Of a stretch of 64,000 nt of DNA, positions 22,301-38,300 are shown one piece after another (within the stretch, counting starts at the first letter, position 1; every line of letters starts with the position of its first letter). The notes beneath the pieces were generated by a model. That model saw only the letters and a list, made by a program, of their open reading frames with translations, was not told where the DNA came from and did no database searches. This DNA is from Eledone cirrhosa. Lineage: Eukaryota. Position numbers and translations under genes: made by a program. Where the stretch lies: assembly GCA_964016885.1 (NCBI GenBank), contig OZ024742.1, forward strand, positions 218,488,001-218,552,000. The letters run 5' to 3'.

Positions 22301-25300
22301 GTTGTTGACTAAATTTCTACATGTGTTGTTGACTACATTTCTACATGTGTTGTTGACTCCATTTTTACATGTGTTGTGGACTCCATTTCTACATGTGTTG
22401 TTGACTACATTTCTACATGTGTTGTTGACTCGATTTTTACATGTGTTGTAGACTCCATTTCTACATGTGTTGTTGACTCCATTTCTACATGTGTTGTTGA
22501 TTCCATTTCTACATGTGTTGTTGACTACATTTCTACATATGTTGTTGACGACATTTCTACATGTGTTGTTGACTACATGTCTACATGTGTTGTTGACTCC
22601 ATTTCTACATGTATTGTTGACTAAATTTCTATATATGTTGTTGACTCCATTTCTACATGTGATGTTGAGTACATTTCTACATGTGTTGTTGACTACATTT
22701 CTAAATGTGTTGTTGACTCCAGTTCTGCATGTGTGGTTGACTACATTTCTACATATGTTGTAGACACCATTTCTACCTGTGTTGTTGACTCCAGTTCTAC
22801 ATGTGTTGTTGACTCCATTTCTACATGTGTTGTTGACTCCTTTTCTACATGTGTTGTTGACTCCATTTTTACATGTGTTGTTGACTCCATTTCTAAATGT
22901 GTTGTTGACTCCATTTCTACATGTGTTGTTGACTCCATTTCTACATGTGTTGTCGACTCTATTTCTAGATGTGTTGTTGACTACATTTCTAAATGTGTTT
23001 TTGACTACATTTCTACACGTGTTGTTGACTCCATTTCTACATGTGTTGTTGACTCCATTTCTACATGTGTTGTTGACTCCTTTTCTACATGTGTTGTTGA
23101 TTACATTTCTACATGTGTTGTTGCCTACATTTCTACATGTGTTGTTAACTCCATTTCTACATGTGTTGTTGACTCCATTTCTACATGTGTTGTTGACTAC
23201 ATTTCTACATGTGTTGTTGACTACATTTCTACATCTTTTATTGACTACAATTCTACATGTGTTGGTGACTCCATTTCTACATGTGTTGGTGACTCCATTT
23301 CTACATGTGTTGTTGACTTCATTTCTACATGTGTTGTTGACTACATTTCTAAATGTGTTTTTGACTACATTCCTACACGTGTTGTTGACTCCATTTCTAC
23401 ATGTGTTGTTGACTCCATTTCTACATGTGTTGTTGACTCCTCTTCTACATGTGTTGTTGACTACATTTCTACATGTGTTGTTAACTACATTTCTACATGT
23501 GTTGTTGACTCCATTTCTACATGTGTTGTTGACTACATTTCTACATGTGTTGTTGACTACATTTCTACATCTGTTATTGACTACAATCCTACATGTGTTG
23601 TTGACTCCATTTCTACATGTGTTGGTGACTCCATTTCTACATGTGTTGGTGACTCCATTTCTACATGTGTTGTTGACTCCATTTCTACATGTGTTGTTGA
23701 CTCCATTTCTACATGTGTTGTTGACTACATTTCTACATGTGTTGTTGACTACATTTCTACATGTGTTGTTGACTCCATTTCTACATATGTTGTTGACGAC
23801 ATTTCTACATGTGTTGTTGACTACATTTCTACATGTGTTGTTGACTCCATTTCTACATGTATTGTTGACTAAATTTCTATATATGTTGTTGACTCCATTT
23901 CTACATGTGATGTTGAGTACATTTCTACATGTGTTGTTGACTACATTTCTAAATGTGTTGTTGACTCCAGTTCTGCATGTGTGGTTGACTACATTTCTAC
24001 ATGTGTTGTTGACTCTATTTCTACCTGTGTTGTTGACTCCAGTTCTACATGTGTTGTTGACTCCATTTCTACATGTGTTGTTGACTCCTTTTCTACATGT
24101 GTTGTTGACTCCATTTTTACATGTGTTGTTGACTCCATTTCTAAATGTGTTGTTGACTCCATTTCTACATGTGTTGTTGACTCCATTTCTACATGTGTTG
24201 TCGACTCTATTTCTAGATGTGTTGTTGACTACATTTCTCCATGTGTTGTTGATTCCATTTCTACATGTGTTGTTGACTACATTTCTACATGTGTTGTTGA
24301 CTCCATTTCTACATGTGTTGTTGACTACATTTCTACATGTGTTGTTGACTCCATTTCTACATATGTTGTTGACGACATTTCTACATGTGTTGTTGACTAC
24401 ATTTCTACATGTGTTGTTGACTCCATTTCTACATGTATTGTTGACTAAATTTCTATATATGTTGTTGACTCCATTTCTACATGTGATGTTGAGTACATTT
24501 CTACATGTGTTGTTGACTACATTTCTAAATGTGTTGTTGACTCCAGTTCTGCATGTGTGGTTGACTACATTTCTACATGTGTTGTTGACTCTATTTCTAC
24601 CTGTGTTGTTGACTCCAGTTCTACATGTGTTGTTGACTCCATTTCTACATGTGTTGTTGACTCCTTTTCTACATGTGTTGTTGACTCCATTTTTACATGT
24701 GTTGTTGACTCCATTTCTAAATGTGTTGTTGACTCCATTTCTACATGTGTTGTTGACTCCATTTCTACATGTGTTGTCGACTCTATTTCTAGATGTGTTG
24801 TTGACTACATTTCTCCATGTGTTGTTGAGTCCATTTCTACATGTGTTGTTGACTACATTCCTACATGTGTTGTTGACTACATTTCTACATGTGTTGTTGA
24901 CTCCATTTCTACATGTGTTGTTAACTCCATTTCTACATGTGTTTTTGACTACATTGACTACATTTCTACATGTGTTGTTGCCTCCATCTCTACATGTGTT
25001 GTTGACTCCATTTCTACATATGTTGTTGACTCCATTTCTACATGTGTTGTTGACACCATTTCTACATGTTTTCTTGACTACATTTCTACATGTGTTGTTG
25101 ACTCCATTTCTACATGTGTTGTTGACTACATTTCTATATGTGTTGTTGACTACATTTCTACATGTGTTGTTGACTCCATTTCTACATGTGTTGTTGACTA
25201 CATTTCTAAATGTGTTTTTGACTACATTCCTACACGTGTTGTTGACTCCATTTCTACATGTGTTGTTGACTCCATTTCTACATGTGTTGTTGACTCCTCT

Positions 25301-28300
25301 TCTACATGTGTTGTTGACTACATTTCTACATGTGTTGTTGCCTACATTTTTATATGTGTTGTTAACTACATTTCTACATGTGTTGTTGACTCCATTTCTA
25401 CATGTGTTGTTGACTACATTTCTACATGTGTTGTTGACTACATTTCTACATCTGTTATTGACTACAATCCTACATGTGTTGTTGACTCCATTTCTACATG
25501 TGTTGGTGACTCCATTTCTACATGTGTTGGTGACTCCATTTCTACATGTGTTGTTGACTCCATTTCTACATGTGTTGTTGACTACATTTCTACATGTGAT
25601 GTTGACTCCATTTCTATATGTGTTGTTGACTCCATTTCTACATGTGATGTTGACTCCATTTGTACATGTGTTGTTGACTCCATTTCTGTATGGTTTCTTA
25701 ACTACATTTCTACATGTGTTGTTAACTCCGTTTCTACATGTGTTGGTAACTCCATTTCTACATGTGATGTTGACTCCATTTCTATGTGTTGTTGACTACA
25801 TTTCTACATTTGTTGTTGACTACATTTCTACATGTGTTGTTGACTCCATTTCTAAATGTGTTGTTGACTCCTTTTCTACATGTGTTGTTGACTCCATTTC
25901 TACATGTGTTGTTGACTCCATTTCTACATGTGTTGTTGACTACATTTCTACATGTGTTGTTGACTCCATTTCTACATGTGTTGTTGACTACATTTCTACA
26001 TGTGTTGTTAACTCCATTTCTACATGTGTATTTGACTACATTTCTACATGTGTTGTTGACTCCATTTCTACATGTGTTGTTGACTACATTTCTACATGTG
26101 TTGTTGACTCCATTTCTACATATGTTGTTGACTACATTTCTACATGTGTTGTTGACTCCATTTCTACATGTATTGTTGACTACATTTCTATATATGTTGT
26201 TGACTACATTTTTACATGTGTTGTTGACTACATTTCTACATGTGTTGTTGACTCCATTTCTACCTGTGTTGTTGACTCCAGTTCTACATGTGTTGTTGAC
26301 TCCATTTCTACATGTGTGTTGACTCCTTTTCTACATGTGTTGTTGACTCCATTTCTACATGTGTCGTTGACTACATTTCTACATGTGTTGTTGACTCCAT
26401 TTCTACCTGTGTTGTTGACTACATTTCTACATGTGTTGTTGACTCCATTTCTGCATGTGTTGTTGACTCCTTTTCTACATGTGTTGTTGACTACATTTCT
26501 TCATGTGTTGTTAACTACAATTCTACATGTGTTGTTGACTCCAGTTCTACATGTGTTGTTGACTCCAGTTCTACATGTGTTGTTGACTCCTTTTCTACAT
26601 GTGTTGTTGACTCCATTTCTACATGTGTTGTTGACTCCATTTCTAAATGTGTTGTTGACTCCATTTCTACATGAGTTGTTGACTCCATTTCTACATGTGT
26701 TGTTTACTCCATTTCTACATGTGTTGTTGACTACATTTCTAAATGTGATGTTGACTCCATTTCTACATATGTTGTTGACTCCATATCTCCATGTGTTGTT
26801 GACTACAATTCTACATGTGTTGTTGACTCCATTTCTACATGTGTTGTTGACTACATTTCTACATGTGCTGTTGACTCCATTTCTACATGTGTTGTTGACG
26901 ACATTTCTACATGTGTTGTTGACTCCATTTCTACATGTGTTGTTGACTACATTTCTAAATGTGATGTTGACTCCATTTCTATATGTGTTGTTGACTCCAT
27001 ATCTACATGTGTTGTTGACTACAATTCTACATGTGTTGTTGACTCCATTTCTACATGTGTTGTTGACTACATTTCTACATGTGTTGGTGAGTCCATGACT
27101 ACATGCGTTGTTGACTACATTTCCATATATGTTGTTGACTCCGTTTTTACATGTGTTGTTGACTAAATTTCTACATGTGTTGTTGACTACATTTCTACAT
27201 GTGTTGTTGACTCCATTTTTACATGTGTTGTGGACTCCATTTCTACATGTGTTGTTGACTACATTTCTACATGTGTTGTTGACTCGATTTTTACATGTGT
27301 TGTAGACTCCATTTCTACATGTGTTGTTGACTCCATTTCTACATGTGTTGTTGATTCCATTTCTACATGTGTTGTTGACTACATTTCTACATATGTTGTT
27401 GACGACATTTCTACATGTGTTGTTGACTACATGTCTACATGTGTTGTTGACTCCATTTCTACATGTATTGTTGACTAAATTTCTATATATGTTGTTGACT
27501 CCATTTCTACATGTGATGTTGAGTACATTTCTACATGTGTTGTTGACTACATTTCTAAATGTGTTGTTGACTCCAGTTCTGCATGTGTGGTTGACTACAT
27601 TTCTACATGTGTTGTAGACACCATTTCTACCTGTGTTGTTGACTCCAGTTCTACATGTGTTGTTGACTCCATTTCTACATGTGTTGTTGACTCCTTTTCT
27701 ACATGTGTTGTTGACTCCATTTTTACATGTGTTGTTGACTCCATTTCTAAATGTGTTGTTGACTCCATTTCTACATGTGTTGTTGACTCCATTTCTACAT
27801 GTGTTGTCGACTCTATTTCTAGATGTGTTGTTGACTACATTTCTAAATGTGTTTTTGACTACATTTCTACACGTGTTGTTGACTCCATTTCTACATGTGT
27901 TGTTGACTCCATTTCTACATGTGTTGTTGACTCCTTTTCTACATGTGTTGTTGATTACATTTCTACATGTGTTGTTGCCTACATTTCTACATGTGTTGTT
28001 AACTCCATTTCTACATGTGTTGTTGACTCCATTTCTACATGTGTTGTTGACTACATTTCTACATGTGTTGTTGACTACATTTCTACATCTTTTATTGACT
28101 ACAATTCTACATGTGTTGGTGACTCCATTTCTACATGTGTTGGTGACTCCATTTCTACATGTGTTGTTGACTTCATTTCTACATGTGTTGTTGACTACAT
28201 TTCTAAATGTGTTTTTGACTACATTCCTACACGTGTTGTTGACTCCATTTCTACATGTGTTGTTGACTCCATTTCTACATGTGTTGTTGACTCCTCTTCT

Positions 28301-28595
28301 ACATGTGTTGTTGACTACATTTCTACATGTGTTGTTAACTACATTTCTACATGTGTTGTTGACTCCATTTCTACATGTGTTGTTGACTACATTTCTACAT
28401 GTGTTGTTGACTACATTTCTACATCTGTTATTGACTACAATCCTACATGTGTTGTTGACTCCATTTCTACATGTGTTGGTGACTCCATTTCTACATGTGT
28501 TGGTGACTCCATTTCTACATGTGTTGTTGACTCCATTTCTACATGTGTTGTTGACTCCATTTCTACATGTGTTGTTGACTACATTTCTACATGTG
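19391..28595. repeat. Higher-order duplication, offset 4854 bp (about 19391-23741 copied at about 24245-28595)
   Basis: Identical or near-identical ORF pairs at a constant offset: 19703/24557, 20932/25786, 21458/26312, 22254/27108, 22733/27587. Confidence 0.92.
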
Positions 28596-29334
28596 ATGTT
28601 GACTCCATTTCTATATGTGTTGTTGACTCCATTTCTACATGTGATGTTGACTCCATTTGTACATGTGTTGTTGACTCCATTTCTGTATGTTTTGTTAACT
28701 ACATTTCTACATGTGTTGTTAACTCCGTTTCTACATGTGTTGGTAACTCCATTTCTACATGTGATGTTGACTCCATTTCTATATGTGTTGTTGACTACAT
28801 TTCTCCATTTGTTGTTGACTCCATTTCTACATGTGTTGTTGACTCCATTTCTAAATGTGTTGTTGACTCCATTTCTACATGTGTTGTTGACTCCATTTCT
28901 ACATGTGTTGTTGACTCCATTTCTACATGTGTTGTTGACTCCATTTCTACATGTGTTGTTGACTACATTTCTACATGTGTTGTTGACTCCATTTCTACAT
29001 GTGTTGTTGACTACATTTCTACATGTGTTGTTCACTCCATTTCTACATGTGTATTTGACTACATTTCTACATGTGTTGTTGACTCCATTTCTACATGTGT
29101 TGTTGACTACATTTCTACATGTGTTGTTGACTCCATTTCTACATATGTTGTTGACTACATTTCTACATGTGTTGTTGACTCCATTTCTACATGTATTGTT
29201 GACTACATTTCTATATATGTTGTTGACTACATTTTTACATGTGTTGTTGACTACATTTCTACATGTGTTGTTGACTCCATTTCTACCTGTGTTGTTGACT
29301 CCAGTTCTACATGTGTTGTTGACTCCATTTCTAC

Positions 29335-32300
29335 ATGTGTGTTGACTCCTTTTCTACATGTGTTGTTGACTCCATTTCAACATGTGTCGTTGACTACATT
29401 TCTACATGTGTTGTTGACTCCATTTCTACCTGTGTTGTTGACTACATTTCTACATGTGTTGTTGACTCCATTTCTGCATGTGTTGTTGACTACTTTTCTA
29501 CATGTGTTGTTGACTACATTTCTACATGTGTTGTTAACTACAATTCTACATGTGTTGTTGACTCCAGTTCTACATGTGTTGTTGACTCAAGTTCTACATG
29601 TGTTGTTGACTCCTTTTCTACATGTGTTGTTGACTCCATTTCTACATGTAGTGTTGACTCCATTTCTAAATGTGTTGTTGACTCCATTTCTACATGTGTT
29701 GTTGACTCCATTTCTACATGTGTTGTTGACTCCATTTCTACATGTGTTGTTGACTACATTTCTAAATGTGATGTTGACTCCATTTCTACATATGTTGTTG
29801 ACTCCATATCTACATGTGTTGTTGACTACAATTCTACATGTGTTGTTGACTCCATTTCTACATGTGTTGTTGACTACATTTCTACATGTGTTGTTGACTA
29901 CATTTCTACATGTGTTGGTGAGTCCATGACTACATGCGTTGTTGAATACATTTCAGTATATGTTGTAGACTCCGTTTTTACATGTGTTGTTGACTACATT
30001 TCTACATGTGTTGTTGACTACATTTCTACATGTGTTGTTGACTCCATTTCTACATGTGTTGTTGACGACATTTCTACATGTGTTGTTGACTCCATTTCTA
30101 CATGTGTTGTTGACTCCATTTCTACATGTGTTGTTGACTACATTTCTAAATGTGATGTTGACTCCATTTCTATATGTGTTGTTGACTCCATATCTACATG
30201 TGTTGTTGACTACAATTCTACATGTGTTGTTGACTCCATTTGTACATGTGTTGTTGACTACATTTCTACATGTGCTGTTGACTACATTTCTACATGTGTT
30301 GGTGAGTCCATGACTACATGCGTTGTTGACTACATTTCCATATATGTTGTTGACTCCGTTTTTACATGTGTTGTTGACTAAATTTCTACATGTGTTGTTG
30401 ACTACATTTCTACATGTGTTGTTGACTCCATTTTTACATGTGTTGTTGACTCCATTTCTACATGTGTTGTTGACTACATTTTTACATGTGTTGTTGACTC
30501 GATTTTTACATGTGTTGTAGACTCCATTTCTACATGTGTTGTTGACTCCATTTCTACATATGTTTTGATTCCATTTCTACATGTGTTGTTGACTACATTT
30601 CTACATGTGTTGTTGACTCCATTTCTACATGTGTTGTTGACTACATTTCTACATGTGTTGTTGACTCCATTTCTACATATGTTGTTGACGACATTTCTAC
30701 ATGTGTTGTTGACTACATTTCTACATGTGTTGTTGACTCCATTTCTACATGTATTGTTGACTAAATTTCTATATATGTTGTTGACTCCATTTCTACATGT
30801 GATGTTGAGTACATTTCTACATGTGTTGTTGACTACATTTCTAAATGTGCTGTTGACTCCAGTTCTGCATGTGTGGTTGACTACATTTCTACATGTGTTG
30901 TTGACTCCATTTCTACCTGTGTTGTTGACTCCAGTTCTACATATGTTGTTGACTCCATTTCTACATGTGTTGTTGACTCCTTTTCTACATGTGTTGTTGA
31001 CTCCATTTTTACATGTGTTGTTGACTCCATTTCTAAATGTGTTGTTGACTCCATTTCTACATGTGTTGTTGACTCCATTTCTACATGTGTTGTCGACTCT
31101 ATTTCTAGATGTGTTGTTGACTACATTTCTCCATGTGTTGTTGAGTCCATTTCTACATGTGTTGTTGACTACATTTCTACATGTGTTGTTGACTACATTT
31201 CTACATGTGTTGTTGACTCCATTTCTACATGTGTTGTTAATTCCATTTCTACATGTGTTTTTGACTACATTGACTACATTTCTACATGTGTTGTTGCCTC
31301 CATCTCTACATGTGTTGTTGACTCCATTTCTACATGTGTTGTTGACTCCATTTCTACATGTGTTCTTGACTACATTTCTACATGTGTTGTTGACTCCATT
31401 TCTACATGTGTTGTTGACTACATTTCTATATGTGTTGTTGACTACATTTCTACATGTGTTGTTGACTCCATTTCTACATGTGTTGTTGACTACATTTCTA
31501 AATGTGTTTTTGACTACATTTCTACACGTGTTGTTGACTCCATTTCTACATGTGTTGTTGACTCCATTTCTACATGTGTTGTTGACTCCTTTTATACATG
31601 TGTTGTTGATTACATTTCTACATGTGTTGTTGCCTACATTTCTACATGTGTTGTTAACTACATTTCTACATGTGTTGTTGACTCCATTTCTACATGTGTT
31701 GTTGACTACATTTCTACATGTGTTGTTGACTACATTTCTATATCTTTTATTGACTACAATTCTACATGTTTTGTTGACTACATTTCTACATGTGTTGGTG
31801 ACTCCATTTCTACATGTGTTGTTGACTCCATTTCTACATGTGTTGTTGACTCCATTTCTACATGTGTTGTTGACTCCATTTCTACATGTGTTGTTGACTA
31901 CATTTCTACATGTGTTGTTGACTCCATTTCTACATATGTTGTTGACGACATTTCTACATGTGTTGTTGACTACATTTCTACATGTGTTGTTGACTCCATT
32001 TCTACATGTATTGTTGACTAAATTTCTATATATGTTGTTGACTCCATTTCTACATGTGATGTTGAGTACATTTCTACATGTGTTGTTGACTACATTTCTA
32101 AATGTGTTTTTGACTCCATTTCTACATGTGTTGTTGACTCCATTTCTACATATGTTGTTGACTACATTTCTACATGTGTTGTTGACTCCATTTCTACATA
32201 TGTTGTTGACTACATTTCTACATGTGTTGTTGACTCCATTTCTACATGTGTTGTTGACTACATTTCTACATGTGTTGTTGACTCCATTTCTCAATGTGTT

Positions 32301-35300
32301 GTTGACTCCATTTCTACATGTGTTGTTGACTCCATATCTACATCTACATTTCTACATGTGTTGTTGACTACATTCCTACATGTGTTGTTGACTACATTTC
32401 TCCATGTGTTGTTGAGTCCATTTCTACATGTGTTGTTGACTACATTTCTACATGTGTTGTTGACTCCATTTCCACATGTGTTGTTGACTACATTTCTACA
32501 TGTGTTGTTGACTACATTTCTACATGTGTTGTTGACTACATTTCTACATGTGTTGTTGACTCCATTTCTACATGTGTTGTTGACTACATTTCTACATGTG
32601 TTGTTGACTCCATTTCTACATGTGTTGTTGACTACATTTCTATATGTGTTGTTGACTACATTTCTACATATGTTGTTGACTCCATTTCTACATGTGCTGT
32701 TGGCTACATTTCTAAATGTGTTTTTGACTACATTTCTACACGTGTTGTTGACTCCATTTCTACATGTGTTGTTGACTCCATTTCTACATATGTTGTTGAC
32801 TACATTTCTACATGTGTTGTTGACTCCATTTCTACATGTGTTGTTGATTACATTTCTAAATGTGTTTTTGACTACATTTCTACATGTGTTGTTGACTACA
32901 TTTCTTCATGTGTTGTTGACTCCATTTCTACATGTGTTGTTGACTACATTTCTACATGTGTTGTTGACCCCATTTCTACATGTTTTGTTGACTACATTTC
33001 TAAATGTGTTGTTGACTCCATTTCTACATGTGTTGTTGACTCCATTTCTAAATGTGTTGTTGACTTCATTTCTACATGTTGGTGACTCCATTTCTACATG
33101 TGTTGTTGAATCCATTTCTACATGTGTTGGTGACTCCATTTCTGTATGTATTGTTAACTACATTTCTACATGTGTTGTTGACTCCATTTCTGTATGTGTT
33201 GTTAACTACATTTCTACATGTGTTGTTAACTCCGTTTCTACATGTGTTGGTAACTCCATTTCTACATGTGTTGTTGACTCCATTTCTACATATGTTGTTG
33301 ACTACATTTCTACATGTGTTGTTGACTCCATTTCTACATATGTTGTTGACTACATTTCTACATGTGTTGTTGACTCCTTTTCTACATGTGTTGTTGACTC
33401 CATTTTTACATGTGTTGTTGACTCCATTTCTAAATGTGTTGTTGACTCCATTTCTACATGTGTTGTTGACTCCATTTCTACATGTGTTGTCGACTCTATT
33501 TCTAGATGTGTTGTTGACTACATTTCTCCATGTGTTGTTGAGTCCATTTCTACATGTGTTGTTGACTACATTTCTACATGTGTTGTTGACTACATTTCTA
33601 CATGTGTTGTTGACTCCATTTCTACATGTGTTGTTAACTCCATTTCTACATGTGTTTTTGACTACATTGACTACATTTCTACATGTGTTGTTGCCTCCAT
33701 CTCTACATGTGTTGTTGACTCCATTTCTACATATGTTGTTGACTCCATTTCTACATGTGTTGTTGACTCCATTTCTACATGTGTTCTTGACTACATTTCT
33801 ACATGTGTTGTTGACTCCATTTCTACATGTGTTGTTGACTACATTTCTATATGTGTTGTTGACTACATTTCTACATGTGTTGTTGACTCCATTTCTACAT
33901 GTGTTGTTGACTACATTTCTAAATGTGTTTTTGACTACATTTCTACACGTGTTGTTGACTCCATTTCTACATGTGTTGTTGACTCCTTTGCTACATGTGT
34001 TTTTGATTACATTTCTACATGTGTTGTTGCCTACATTTCTACATGTGTTGTTAACTACATTTCTACATGTGTTGTTGACTCCATTTCTACATGTGTTGTT
34101 GACTACATTTCTACATGTGTTGTTGACTACATTTCTACATCTTTTATTGATTACAATTCTACATGTTTTGTTGACTACATTTCTACATGTGTTGGTGACT
34201 CCATTTCAACATGTGTTGGTGACTCCATTTCTACATGTGTTGTTGACTCCATTTCTACATGTGTTGTTGACTCCATTTCTACATGTGTTGTTGACTACAT
34301 TTCTACATGTGAAGTTGACTCCATTTCTATATGTGTTGTTGACTCTATTTCTACATGTGATGTTGACTCCATTTGTACATGTGTTGTTGACTCCATTTCT
34401 GTATGTTTTGTTAACTACATTTCTACATGTGTTGTTAACTCCGTTTCTACATGTGTTGGTAACTCCATTTCTACATGTGATGTTGACTCCATTTCTATAT
34501 GTGTTGTTGACTACATTTCTCCATTTGTTGTTGACTCCATTTCTACATGTGTTGTTGACTCCATTTCTACATGTGTTGTTGACTCCATTTCTACATGTGT
34601 TGTTGACTCCATTTCTACATGTGTTGTTGATTACATTTCTACATGTGTTGTTGACTCCATTTCTACATGTGTTGTTGACTACATTTCTACATGTGTTGTT
34701 CACTCCATTTCTACATGTGTATTTGACTACATTTCTACATGTGTTGTTGACTCCATTTCTACATGTGTTGTTGACTACATTTCTACATGTGTTGTTGACT
34801 CCATTTCTACATATGTTGTTGACTACATTTCTACATGTGTTGTTGACTCCATTTCTACATGTATTGTTGACTACATTTCTATATATGTTGTTGACTACAT
34901 TTTTACATGTGTTGTTGACTACATTTCTACATGTGTTGTTGACTCCATTTCTACCTGTGTTGTTGACTCCAGTTCTACATGTGTTGTTGACTCCATTTCT
35001 ACATGTGTGTTGACTCCTTTTCTACATGTGTTGTTGACTCCATTTCAACATGTGTCGTTGACTACATTTCTACATGTGTTGTTGACTCCATTTCTACCTG
35101 TGTTGTTGACTACATTTCTACATGTGTTGTTGAATCCATTTCTGCATGTGTTGTTGACTACTTTTCTACATGTGTTGTTGACTACATTTCTACATGTGTT
35201 GTTAACTACAATTCTACATGTGTTGTTGACTCCAGTTCTACATGTGTTGTTGACTCAAGTTCTACTTGTGTTGTTGACTCCTTTTCTACATGTGTTGTTG

Positions 35301-38300
35301 ACTCCATTTCTACATGTAGTGTTGACTCCATTTCTAAATGTGTTGTTGACTCCATTTCTACATGTGTTGTTGACTCCATTTCTACATGTGTTGTTGACTC
35401 CATTTCTACATGTGTTGTTGACTACATTTCTAAATGTGATGTTGACTCCATTTCTACATATGTTGTTGACTCCATATCTACATGTGTTGTTGACTACAAT
35501 TCTACATGTGTTGTTGACTCCATTTCTACATGTGTTGTTGACTACATTTCTACATGTGTTGTTGACTACATTTCTACATGTGTTGGTGAGTCCATGACTA
35601 CATGCGTTGTTGAATACATTTCAGTATATGTTGTAGACTCCGTTTTTACATGTGTTGTTGACTACATTTCTACATGTGTTGTTGACTACATTTCTACATG
35701 TGTTGTTGACTCCATTTCTACATGTGTTGTTGACGACATTTCTACATGTGTTGTTGACTCCATTTCTACATGTGTTGTTGACTCCATTTCTACATGTGTT
35801 GTTGACTACATTTCTAAATGTGATGTTGACTCCATTTCTATATGTGTTGTTGACTCCTTTGCTACATGTGTTTTTGATTACATTTCTACATGTGTTGTTG
35901 CCTACATTTCTACATGTGTTGTTAACTACATTTCTACATGTGTTGTTGACTCCATTTCTACATGTGTTGTTGACTACATTTCTACATGTGTTGTTGACTA
36001 CATTTCTACATCTTTTATTGATTACAATTCTACATGTTTTGTTGACTACATTTCTACATGTGTTGGTGACTCCATTTCAACATGTGTTGGTGACTCCATT
36101 TCTACATGTGTTGTTGACTCCATTTCTACATGTGTTGTTGACTCCATTTCTACATGTGTTGTTGACTACATTTCTACATGTGATGTTGACTCCATTTCTA
36201 TATGTGTTGTTGACTCTATTTCTACATGTGATGTTGACTCCATTTGTACATGTGTTGTTGACTCCATTTCTGTATGTTTTGTTAACTACATTTCTACATG
36301 TGTTGTTAACTCCGTTTCTACATGTGTTGGTAACTCCATTTCTACATGTGATGTTGACTCCATTTCTATATGTGTTGTTGACTACATTTCTCCATTTGTT
36401 GTTGACTCCATTTCTACATGTGTTGTTGACTCCATTTCTACATGTGTTGTTGACTCCATTTCTACATGTGTTGTTGACTCCATTTCTACATGTGTTGTTG
36501 ACTACATTTCTACATGTGTTGTTGACTCCATTTCTACATGTGTTGTTGACTACATTTCTACATGTGTTGTTCACTCCATTTCTACATGTGTATTTGACTA
36601 CATTTCTACATGTGTTGTTGACTCCATTTCTACATGTGTTGTTGACTACATTTCTACATGTGTTGTTGACTCCATTTCTACATATGTTGTTGACTACATT
36701 TCTACATGTGTTGTTGACTCCATTTCTACATGTATTGTTGACTACATTTCTATATATGTTGTTGACTACATTTTTACATGTGTTGTTGACTACATTTCTA
36801 CATGTGTTGTTGACTCCATTTCTACCTGTGTTGTTGACTCCAGTTCTACATGTGTTGTTGACTCCATTTCTACATGTGTGTTGACTCCTTTTCTACATGT
36901 GTTGTTGACTCCATTTCAACATGTGTCGTTGACTACATTTCTACATGTGTTGTTGACTCCATTTCTACCTGTGTTGTTGACTACATTTCTACATGTGTTG
37001 TTGAATCCATTTCTGCATGTGTTGTTGACTACTTTTCTACATGTGTTGTTGACTACATTTCTACATGTGTTGTTAACTACAATTCTACATGTGTTGTTGA
37101 CTCCAGTTCTACATGTGTTGTTGACTCAAGTTCTACATGTGTTGTTGACTCCTTTTCTACATGTGTTGTTGACTCCATTTCTACATGTAGTGTTGACTCC
37201 ATTTCTAAATGTGTTGTTGACTCCATTTCTACATGTGTTGTTGACTCCATTTCTACATGTGTTGTTGACTCCATTTCTACATGTGTTGTTGACTACATTT
37301 CTAAATGTGATGTTGACTCCATTTCTACATATGTTGTTGACTCCATATCTACATGTGTTGTTGACTACAATTCTACATGTGTTGTTCACTCCATTTCTAC
37401 ATGTGTTGTTGACTACATTTCTACATGTGTTGTTGACTACATTTCTACATGTGTTGGTGAGTCCATGACTACATGCGTTGTTGAATACATTTCAGTATAT
37501 GTTGTAGACTCCGTTTTTACATGTGTTGTTGACTACATTTCTACATGTGTTGTCGACTACATTTCTACATGTGTTGTTGACTCCATTTCTACATGTGTTG
37601 TTGACGACATTTCTACATGTGTTGTTGACTCCATTTCTACATGTGTTGTTGACTCCATTTCTACATGTGTTGTTGACTACATTTCTAAATGTGATGTTGA
37701 CTCCATTTCTATATGTGTTGTTGACTCCATATCTACATGTGTTGTTGACTACAATTCTACATGTGTTGTTGACTCCATTTGTACATGTGTTGTTGACTAC
37801 ATTTCTACATGTGCTGTTGACTACATTTCTACATGTGTTGGTGAGTCCATGACTACATGCGTTGTTGACTACATTTCCATATATGTTGTTGACTCCGTTT
37901 TTACATGTGTTGTTGACTAAATTTCTACATGTGTTGTTGACTACATTTCTACATGTGTTGTTGACTCCATTTTTACATGTGTTGTTGACTCCATTTCTAC
38001 ATGTGTTGTTGACTACATTTTTACATGTGTCGTTGACTCGATTTTTACATGTGTTGTAGACTCCATTTCTACATGTGTTGTTGACTCCATTTCTACATGT
38101 GTTTTGATTCCATTTCTACATGTGTTGTTGACTACATTTCTACATGTGTTGTTGACTCCATTTCTACATGTGTTGTTGACTACATTTCTACATGTGTTGT
38201 TGACTCCATTTCTACATATGTTGTTGACGACATTTCTACATGTGTTGTTGACTACATTTCTACATGTGTTGTTGACTCCATTTCTACATGTATTGTTGAC

